IMG/VR virus record: IMGVR_UViG_3300023119_000004
Length of the DNA: 64,000 nt
Strand: one strand, 5' to 3'
Source: a virus
Lineage: Duplodnaviria > Caudoviricetes
This document shows, one piece after another, positions 57,515 through 64,000 of this stretch (positions within the stretch are counted from its first letter, which is position 1; each line of letters begins with the position of its first letter). The notes beneath the pieces were generated by a model. That model was not told the DNA's origin. It was given only the letters and a program-made list of their open reading frames with translations, and did no database searches. A program made the translations under genes and the position numbers.

Positions 57515-58990
57515 TTATCCTAAACTTAGTACTAACTCCAATGCAATGTTCTGTGCATCTGTTTGTGAAACAGCACCTGAACTACCTGCAACTGAATCCC
57601 ATTGTGTACCATCATAAATTTCTAATCTTCCGTCTGTTGTATTCCAACGCATCATACCAATAACTGGTGAAGGGTGTCTTTGAGCACCAGTACCTACCGG
57701 AACAACAAACCCTTCAGTACCGTCAAACTTAAAATAGCCTCCATTTGGGCTAGAAAACGTTAAAGCACCGCCGGCTACAGTATTATTTATAGTACTTCCA
57801 CTAATATTAACATCACCAATTTGTACACCGCCTGTACCGTTTGGTGATAAAATTAAGTCTGTATTAGCAGTTGTTGTACTGATAGTGTTACCGTCAAGTC
57901 TTATACTGTCAACTTGTAATCTAGCAACATTAAATTCTTGTTGTGTAACTGTAGCAATTAGTGAACCACCTGCATAAAATCTAATAGTATCATCATTTGC
58001 ACCTGGTGTTAATTCTGCTGTAATATATGTGTCAGCATCTAGGTCATATACTCCTGTTAGTACAATCCAGTTACCGTCATAACCTTCAAACTTATTTGTA
58101 TCTGTGTTATAACGAATCATACCAACTGCTGGAATTGCTGGTCTTTGTGCTGTTGTGCCTGACGGAATTCTAATAGATCCAGTAGCGTCAATATCCATTA
58201 CACCACTTGCAGGTGCAATAGTAATATCATTAGCAGAACTAATTCTGCTACCTTTAAAAATAAAATCGTCAATAATAACAGATCCATTACCTGCGTAACG
58301 TAATTCTAAATCTGCATTTGAAACTGTGTTTTGAATTACACCAGTATCGATTTGAATGTCATCAATGTAAGCACTTCCAGCATGAATACTATTCCATGTT
58401 TTTGCTGGTGTACCTAAGTTGTATGTTGCAGTTTGATCTGGTAATAAATCTGAAGTAATACCTGCATTAATGCTAATAGTATCTGTTGCTTCATCGCCTA
58501 TTACAACGTTACCTGCAACTGTTACATCACCACTAGCATTAATATTTCCTGTAACATCTAAATTACCTGTAATATTAGTATGACCTGTAATGTTAACTTC
58601 TCCAGTTCCGTCTGGAAAAATATCAATATCAGCATTTGATACTGTTGTAGAAATTACGTTTGTTTGAAATCTTAAATCGTCTACTTCAAAAGTTTTTAAT
58701 GAAGTAACTTTGTCTGATCCTACTGTTTGTAGTTGTAATGTGTTTCCAGTTGTTTCAACAGTATTACCACTTATACGTACATCGCCGACATAAGCAGTAC
58801 CTGAAGTTACTGAATCAATTGATCTTAGTGTTCCGTTAATATCTAAATCGTATTGTGGACTAGCGGTATTGACGCCGATCTTGCGGTTATTAACATCTAA
58901 GTAAAGTAAATCCGTTTCAAATGCTAAATCAACTCCATTACGAAGAAGATTTTGCTTTAAAAGCGGACCCGAAATACGACCTACAGCCAC
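57515..58990 (-). CDS. Virion structural/fibre protein; start revised to GTG 58990
   Basis: GAGGAG SD 7 nt before GTG; repeated IPSGTTAQRP...GMIRYNT modules; C-terminal LVLSLG. Confidence 0.7.
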   Translation of the reverse strand: MAVGRISGPLLKQNLLRNGVDLAFETDLLYLDVNNRKIGVNTASPQYDLDINGTLRSIDSVTSGTAYVGDVRISGNTVETTGNTLQLQTVGSDKVTSLKTFEVDDLRFQTNVISTTVSNADIDIFPDGTGEVNITGHTNITGNLDVTGNINASGDVTVAGNVVIGDEATDTISINAGITSDLLPDQTATYNLGTPAKTWNSIHAGSAYIDDIQIDTGVIQNTVSNADLELRYAGNGSVIIDDFIFKGSRISSANDITIAPASGVMDIDATGSIRIPSGTTAQRPAIPAVGMIRYNTDTNKFEGYDGNWIVLTGVYDLDADTYITAELTPGANDDTIRFYAGGSLIATVTQQEFNVARLQVDSIRLDGNTISTTTANTDLILSPNGTGGVQIGDVNISGSTINNTVAGGALTFSSPNGGYFKFDGTEGFVVPVGTGAQRHPSPVIGMMRWNTTDGRLEIYDGTQWDSVAGSSGAVSQTDAQNIALELVLSLG

Positions 58991-59134
58991 TTTATTGCTC
59001 CTCAATACGGGGATCCTGTCCCTCTAGCCTAATTTTCATCCTTACATTATTGCTCGGCTCTTTGCTGGCTAACCACAGTATGTCCCATACTACAACTAAG
59101 GGTCTCTCTCCCTTAATCGGTCTTGTAGTATGTT
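58991..59134 (-). ncRNA. Candidate structured 5' leader RNA (144 nt)
   Basis: TAAATA at 59140-59145; 10-bp stem 59132-59123/59095-59086 with inner UAAGGG/CCCUUA stem; further UAGCC/GGCUA and GGGA/UCCC pairings. Confidence 0.55.
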
Positions 59135-59158
59135 AATAGTATTTATCGAAAATGGATA

Positions 59159-60631
59159 TTAACCTAGTGCTAAGGTATAGATAAAGCCTAATTCTTCCAT
59201 GTAGTCTTCATTAACTGTATCACCTGCACCCGAAACGTTATTCCAATTACCATCAGCATAAGTTTCAAGATATCCTAGGGTAACGTTAAAACGTGTAGTA
59301 CCTTCTTGTAGTGTTGCACCACCCGGTCTTGCCGCTAATGACCCCGAAGGAATTACAAATCCGCCAGTATCTGCAAATTCAACACGACCGTATTGCGTAG
59401 GTACATTATTTGTTCTAGTAAACACAAAATCATTCGTTAGACTTGTGTTAGTAATAGTAGCACCATTAAAATCTAAATCATACATTCTAACTGTACCTGA
59501 ACTTGGTACTAGATTAATATCTGAATTAGTTACTTGGCTACTAATAGTTCCGTTATCAAATGTTAGATTATCCTGAGAAACTAATCTAGTTGACACAATT
59601 CCTAAATCTGTCAATGTATGATTTGTAACACCATTTGTTGTAAAATCGAAATAGTTTCCAGCATTTGCTAGTACATAAGTCTGTCTATCTTCACTCCAAA
59701 TACCCCTTAACGGAGTATATGCACTTGAAAATAATTCAAAGAAATTTGTAGTTGTATTATAACGAACATCTCTAAACAAGTTAGGACGTTCTGCTTCAGT
59801 ACCGTGCGGAACATTTAGTGCTCCAACTCCGCTAATCCCGATGTTAGCACCCGGATCTAAATTAAATGTTGTTGAGTTTGTTGTAGTTAATGTACTACCG
59901 CTAATTCTCATATCATCAATGACAATAGCACCCGTACCACTTGCTCTTAAAATTAAGTTATTACCCGAACTTGTTGTAGTTATGTAATCATTATCAATTT
60001 CAATGTCGCCAAATTTTGCTTTTGCGGCTGTAACGTTATTCCAAACTTTTGTAGGGCTACCTAAATTAAGATTATCCTCAGTTCTATTAGGAACTATGTC
60101 TTGTGAAAAATCTACTAAACTAAAATTAATTGTATCTGTTTCTTCATCACCAAATACAAAGTTACCGCCAACAGATAAGTTACCTGGAATAGTAACATTA
60201 CCAGTAACATCAATATCTCCAATATGGTTTACATTTTTTCTAAAGTGTGTAATACCTGTTCCATGAGGTTGAAAGTTTATGTCACTGTTTGATAAACTTG
60301 TAATATCGTTATTATTAAAAACTAAATTGTCAGTATGTAACTGTTCTGCTCTAACTAAATTAGCAGAATTTAAATTAATATCTCCAACTGTTGCTCTTAC
60401 GCCAGTTGTACTAACTTCAATATTTCCCGAAGTCTTTCTAGTAAAATAACCATCGCCGTACCAAGACTGTCCTAGTACTTGTACAAGGTCTGTTGGAGAA
60501 TTTGTAAGGACACCTATTCGTGTATTACTCGATCCAATATGAAGTAGATCAGTTTCAAACGCTAGGTCAGACTGTGTTCGAACTAAGTTCGATGCTAATA
60601 ATGGACCTGATATTCTTGCTATTTGTGACAT
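59159..60631 (-). CDS. Virion structural/fibre protein, paralog of 57515-58990
   Basis: N-terminal RISGPLL.SNL.R...DLAFETDLL shared with its neighbour; C-terminal YTLALG. Confidence 0.7.
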   Translation of the reverse strand: MSQIARISGPLLASNLVRTQSDLAFETDLLHIGSSNTRIGVLTNSPTDLVQVLGQSWYGDGYFTRKTSGNIEVSTTGVRATVGDINLNSANLVRAEQLHTDNLVFNNNDITSLSNSDINFQPHGTGITHFRKNVNHIGDIDVTGNVTIPGNLSVGGNFVFGDEETDTINFSLVDFSQDIVPNRTEDNLNLGSPTKVWNNVTAAKAKFGDIEIDNDYITTTSSGNNLILRASGTGAIVIDDMRISGSTLTTTNSTTFNLDPGANIGISGVGALNVPHGTEAERPNLFRDVRYNTTTNFFELFSSAYTPLRGIWSEDRQTYVLANAGNYFDFTTNGVTNHTLTDLGIVSTRLVSQDNLTFDNGTISSQVTNSDINLVPSSGTVRMYDLDFNGATITNTSLTNDFVFTRTNNVPTQYGRVEFADTGGFVIPSGSLAARPGGATLQEGTTRFNVTLGYLETYADGNWNNVSGAGDTVNEDYMEELGFIYTLALG

Positions 60632-60659
60632 ACTGTTATGTTCCCTCTAACAGTATTTA
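60630..60659 (-). promoter_or_regulatory. Late promoter (60654-60659) overlapping a 9-bp hairpin that encloses the SD and pairs the AU of the start codon
   Basis: AUACUGUUA-GAGGGAACA-UAACAGUAU(G). Confidence 0.6.
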
Positions 60660-60665
60660 TTGGAA

Positions 60666-61169
60666 TTACTTGTCGAAATTATGTAGGACTGTTACTGGTT
60701 TACCTGTTGGAACAGGAGTACCAAATACTACATACCAACCTGCGGCATAACCGCTTGGGTTTTGTTCAAGTACATAGTTTGTAGTTGCTAGTTGAAAAAC
60801 GTTTTCAATAGTAACAATAATATTTGCCGCTGATGCTGGAGCAGGGTTATAAGTATCGCCGTTGTTTAACGGACCAAATTTAGTTTCAACATCATTGCCG
60901 TTACCTAAATTTTGTTGTACAATAGTTGCTGGTTCAAAACGTCTAATAGGCGCCCAACTACCATTTTCATAATCTTCAAATACATTTTCATCTGAGTTAT
61001 ATCTAATCATTCCGTTTTCAGGACTTGAAGGACGTTGTGCAGTTGTTCCTATTGGAACCACAACAGAATTATCACTGTCTAAGACAATCTTGCCGTTAAT
61101 GTCTCTACGGATATCTTTATTACCATAGATTCCTCTTGCATTTGTTGATTGTGCTCTTAGAAAACGCAT
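60666..61169 (-). CDS. Virion structural protein
   Basis: VPIGTTAQRP...GMIRYN module and F.T.VPTGKPVTVLH C-terminus. Confidence 0.65.
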   Translation of the reverse strand: MRFLRAQSTNARGIYGNKDIRRDINGKIVLDSDNSVVVPIGTTAQRPSSPENGMIRYNSDENVFEDYENGSWAPIRRFEPATIVQQNLGNGNDVETKFGPLNNGDTYNPAPASAANIIVTIENVFQLATTNYVLEQNPSGYAAGWYVVFGTPVPTGKPVTVLHNFDK

Positions 61170-61171
61170 AA

Positions 61172-61504
61172 TTAAACTTCCAAATAACTTACTGTAACAC
61201 TTAGATTCAATGGTGCTTGTGATAGTAATACTACACTATCGCCTGATTCTAAAATAATTTTTTCAGAATCAAAAGTAAATGTCTCTCCACCTGGAACAGG
61301 CATTTCTTTAACAACCATGTTTGTATTTGATTTTGGTTCTGTATTCTTTACAAAATGCAAATCAAATGACGAATCGTTTGTTCCTGCCGCATCATAACCT
61401 GCATGATTACACACCATAACTGTTGTAATAGCATACTGAGTTTGAGGCGGTACAGTTAGTACCGTTGTATCTGTGTTTCCAATTGCCGCTTGTGCTATTG
61501 CCAT
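61172..61504 (-). CDS. Small beta-rich virion protein (paralog family)
   Basis: VLTVPP...MVCN...SEKIILESGD pattern. Confidence 0.6.
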   Translation of the reverse strand: MAIAQAAIGNTDTTVLTVPPQTQYAITTVMVCNHAGYDAAGTNDSSFDLHFVKNTEPKSNTNMVVKEMPVPGGETFTFDSEKIILESGDSVVLLSQAPLNLSVTVSYLEV

Positions 61505-61513
61505 TTTACATCC

Positions 61514-62482
61514 TTAAAATATCATACTTAAAAGTAATGATCTGTTTTTGCTTATTAACTCATCTCTTGTACTATTACTATTTACATAATAGATACCAGT
61601 TTTTCCAATGTCTTGAGTTTTAGTATAAATTTTAACACCATCTGTTGGAGCCGCCGGATCAAGAGTATTATCATCAACACTAGGTGTTGCTAAAATATGT
61701 AGTTGGTCATCAATTACAACAGAACCTGTGCCAGGCGCACTTAAAGTTAAATCTGCTCCACTATTAGTAGTTTCAATAGTAGAATTTACAAATCTAAAAT
61801 CATGCATTTCTGTTCTATCATTATAGAAGTTTGCTGTAGTAATACTGTCAACAGTAACAGCAAAGTTACTTGGGTGTCCAGTTGTTTCACTGTCAAACAC
61901 TTCAACTTCTGTTAAACTTGCAGTACCTGTTCTTAGTCTTGTAAAGTTTGCCGCGGCAACCTGTTGTGCAATAACGTTGTCAACATATTTTTTATTAGGA
62001 ATATCGTCGTCGTCTGTAATTTGATCTTCGTAGTTGTTAGTTCCACTAACACTAATAACACCAGTACCACTATTAATTAAAAATAAATCACCACCACCGG
62101 TTGTAATACTTCTTACTTGTAATCCAATGTTACCACCGTTTTCGTCAATTAATGTAAATGCACCTGTTCTAATAGTTTGTGAAACAGGATCATTCCAGTT
62201 AATTGTTTCGTCAAACAAAATCTGTGTATCAGGCAAACTACCTCTGTCAATTCTAATACCTGCTTGTCCAAGTGTTACACCAACACCAGTTTCGCCATTG
62301 TTAATAACAATAATATTATCGTTAACTTCCAAGTTTGCTGATGAAACAGTTGTAGTATTACCATTGACAACAAGATCACCTGTTAGGTATAATTGTCCAA
62401 TCAAGTTTCCAGTATCAATAGTTACTGTACCGCCTTCTTGTACTTTTATTGTATAATCGCCTGTTGTTACAAATTGTTTCAT
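61514..62482 (-). CDS. Virion structural/fibre-related protein
   Basis: LTGDLVVNGNTTTV...VNDNII...AGIRIDRG fibre-type segment; IPNKKYVD. Confidence 0.6.
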   Translation of the reverse strand: MKQFVTTGDYTIKVQEGGTVTIDTGNLIGQLYLTGDLVVNGNTTTVSSANLEVNDNIIVINNGETGVGVTLGQAGIRIDRGSLPDTQILFDETINWNDPVSQTIRTGAFTLIDENGGNIGLQVRSITTGGGDLFLINSGTGVISVSGTNNYEDQITDDDDIPNKKYVDNVIAQQVAAANFTRLRTGTASLTEVEVFDSETTGHPSNFAVTVDSITTANFYNDRTEMHDFRFVNSTIETTNSGADLTLSAPGTGSVVIDDQLHILATPSVDDNTLDPAAPTDGVKIYTKTQDIGKTGIYYVNSNSTRDELISKNRSLLLSMIF

Positions 62483-62501
62483 TAACTAAATCCTAAAGTT
62501 A

Positions 62502-62521
62502 GTGGGGGATTTCTCCCCCAC
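62502..62521 (-). other. GC-rich GAAA-tetraloop hairpin between genes (no U-tract)
   Basis: GUGGGGGA-GAAA-UCCCCCAC. Confidence 0.6.
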
Positions 62522-62535
62522 CATAGTACTATCTA

Positions 62536-62976
62536 TTAGCCATCACCTTCAGTATCGTCAGCACCTGTTAGTACGTCATCTGATGTACCAAGAGTTGCGT
62601 CAACACCTGCGCCAATGCCTGTACCTGCTTCTTCAACTGCTACTGTATCACCAGTACCTGTGAAGTCCCAGTTAATTCTTGAACCGTTGTCCATAGTAAG
62701 AACACGACCAGAAATTTTAGTTACTTGACGAGCAGTACCACCGTCATCAACTGTAATAGTCATTTCACCTGCCGCGATAGCCGCTGATGCTTTGTCTACT
62801 AGGTAGCAAGTACCAGTGTCTGTTCCGCCTGCATTTGAAACTTTAAAACGCTTTGAACCAGTTTGTTTTACAATGTAACCCGGTGTTGAACCGTTACCTG
62901 TGTTAAACTGGACCTTAATTTCTGAACCACCTGCTGTAGGTGCTCCGAAATATCTTTTATTAATAGGTCTTCCCAT
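62536..62976 (-). CDS. Conserved-looking virion protein; start revised to ATG 62976 (MGRPINKRY)
   Basis: AAGGAG SD before 62976; GYIVKQTGSKRFKV motif. Confidence 0.65.
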   Translation of the reverse strand: MGRPINKRYFGAPTAGGSEIKVQFNTGNGSTPGYIVKQTGSKRFKVSNAGGTDTGTCYLVDKASAAIAAGEMTITVDDGGTARQVTKISGRVLTMDNGSRINWDFTGTGDTVAVEEAGTGIGAGVDATLGTSDDVLTGADDTEGDG

Positions 62977-62996
62977 TTGTTTTCTCCTTATTAGAA

Positions 62997-63069
62997 GTCC
63001 GATGCACGTTCTAGGTGCTACGGGGTTGGATCCCCATAAGTCCGCCACTCTTGCGGCACACTATCTGAC
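62997..63069 (-). ncRNA. Candidate 73-nt four-way-junction (tRNA-like) 5' leader RNA
   Basis: Closing stem plus three hairpins; first G lies 6 nt after TAAATA (63075-63080). Confidence 0.6.
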
Positions 63070-63077
63070 ACAAGTAT

Positions 63078-63497
63078 TTATCTAATTGCTGTGATTGGTG
63101 AATTATTATTACGAACTGCAAGATTTATAAAGGATCTTATAAAGTCAAAGCGTGTTGCAAGTATTTCAAATAAATCTGTATTAAAGCCTTCTTGCACAAG
63201 CGTATATGAACTTTTTCCTATATCTGAATAGTACCGCACACTTATTCCATACTCAGGAAAAACGCCTGTAACAAACAAACAACTATCTCCTAATTCTTTT
63301 GCTGTGTAGTTGTATGGACGTTTGAGTTTTAAAAACTCTTGTGCAAAGGTTTGTTTTGGAAGAAAATTTGGTTTGTCTATTTTGTCTGCAAGAAGCATTA
63401 CTACATAGGCTTCAATTTCGGTCGGAAGATCAAACCCAGTAGTTGACTGTGCCTCGCGGACAATGTCGTAAAAGGCCGATGTGTATTCGTCCCTCAT
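63078..63497 (-). CDS. Hypothetical protein
   Basis: 139-aa ORF with TAAATA-TTAGT-ATG start. Confidence 0.65.
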   Translation of the reverse strand: MRDEYTSAFYDIVREAQSTTGFDLPTEIEAYVVMLLADKIDKPNFLPKQTFAQEFLKLKRPYNYTAKELGDSCLFVTGVFPEYGISVRYYSDIGKSSYTLVQEGFNTDLFEILATRFDFIRSFINLAVRNNNSPITAIR

Positions 63498-63502
63498 ACT
63501 AA

Positions 63503-63508
63503 TATTTA
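63503..63508 (-). promoter_or_regulatory. Late promoter TAAATA, 5 nt before ATG 63497, no SD
   Basis: TAAATA-TTAGT-ATG. Confidence 0.65.
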
Positions 63509-63511
63509 GTC

Positions 63512-63545
63512 AAAAAAATAGGCCCAATGCGAACAGAGGGCCTAT
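63512..63545 (-). terminator. Intrinsic terminator after the cold-shock gene
   Basis: AUAGGCCC/GGGCCUAU stem followed by UUUUUU. Confidence 0.8.
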
Positions 63546-63558
63546 AGTTGTAGTTCTA

Positions 63559-63759
63559 CTACTTGACTGTTAAGTTTACAGCAGAAGGGCCTTTTGGACC
63601 ATCCTGAATTTCAAACTGTACAGTATCGCCTTCGTTCAACGAGTGTAAGCCTGCGGCTTCTACTGCTGAAATGTGTACGAAAATATCTTTATTTTCACTT
63701 GCGATAAATCCAAAACCTTTAGCGGAGTTGAACCATTTTACTTGTCCTTGATTACTCAT
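63559..63759 (-). CDS. cspA: Cold-shock protein (CspA family)
   Basis: RNP1 [12 protein letters not shown] and RNP2 DIFVHISA; 66 aa. Confidence 0.93.
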   Translation of the reverse strand: MSNQGQVKWFNSAKGFGFIASENKDIFVHISAVEAAGLHSLNEGDTVQFEIQDGPKGPSAVNLTVK

Positions 63760-63879
63760 GTTTTTCCTTGTTCGTGTTTATATTTGAGGAAGTTTGTATC
63801 TAATATTAGGGCGGGAGGTTTGTTAATTCTACTGCGTCTTGTTCTTATTACTGTCTTGTCTCATTTGTATTTAGTCAAT

Positions 63880-63917
63880 AAAAAAGGTTTATCCAGTCTC
63901 CCGAATAAACCTCTTTT
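63880..63917 (-). terminator. Intrinsic terminator upstream of the csp promoter (TAAATA 63868-63873)
   Basis: AGGUUUAU/AUAAACCU stem followed by UUUUU. Confidence 0.7.
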
Positions 63918-64000
63918 AGGCATAAGCAAAATAGGTAGGACTTGGTTACACCTACAACCCTTCGACGCAGATACCTATCTGAATCCCAGGAACCGACTTC

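Noticed and set aside
62997-63069. Canonical tRNA gene
   Set aside because: No 7-nt anticodon loop, no TUC T-loop consensus, no CCA; reported as tRNA-like leader instead
63828-63864. 11-aa uORF (MRQDSNKNKTQ) in the csp leader
   Set aside because: ATG is only 3 nt after TAAATA, so it would start before the predicted +1; no SD
1-64000. Stop-codon reassignment
   Set aside because: TAA, TAG (21834-21836) and TGA (639-641) all end genes and multi-kb ORFs are uninterrupted under the standard code

Overview
AT-rich 64-kb segment of a large T4-like myophage (jumbo-phage-type gene content), probably infecting a Gram-negative host (inference from ADP-heptose genes). Most genes are on the minus strand, with a plus-strand block at 19252-25343. 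Left to right: (i) glycan/redox accessory genes (GT8-like glycosyltransferase, TylF-type O-methyltransferase, cytidylyltransferase-cupin fusion, peroxiredoxin); (ii) recombination genes uvsY, uvsX, gp32; (iii) packaging/head-completion block (large terminase, candidate small terminase, gp4, candidate internal head proteins); (iv) tail tube paralog, tube, sheath, a degenerate HNH gene, dNMP kinase, neck gp13/gp14/gp15; (v) Nudix-hldE-hldD-cupin-oxygenase genes coupled to the neck operon; (vi) about 37 kb of giant mosaic fibre/virion proteins, interrupted by a cassette of three Cys/Gly-rich fibre-tip-like paralogs, two tail-chaperone-like proteins and four modifying enzymes (GT9-like, SGNH-like, carbamoyltransferase, methyltransferase); (vii) a cold-shock protein. 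About 25 copies of a T4-late-like TAAATA element sit just upstream of gene starts. Most notable non-coding signals: probable leaderless late mRNAs, a 73-nt cloverleaf RNA starting at a predicted late TSS, a second 144-nt structured leader sharing a motif with it, and a T4-style start-codon-occluding hairpin. No CRISPR, rRNA, canonical tRNA or transposase was seen. All functional calls come from motif recognition by eye; no database searches were run.
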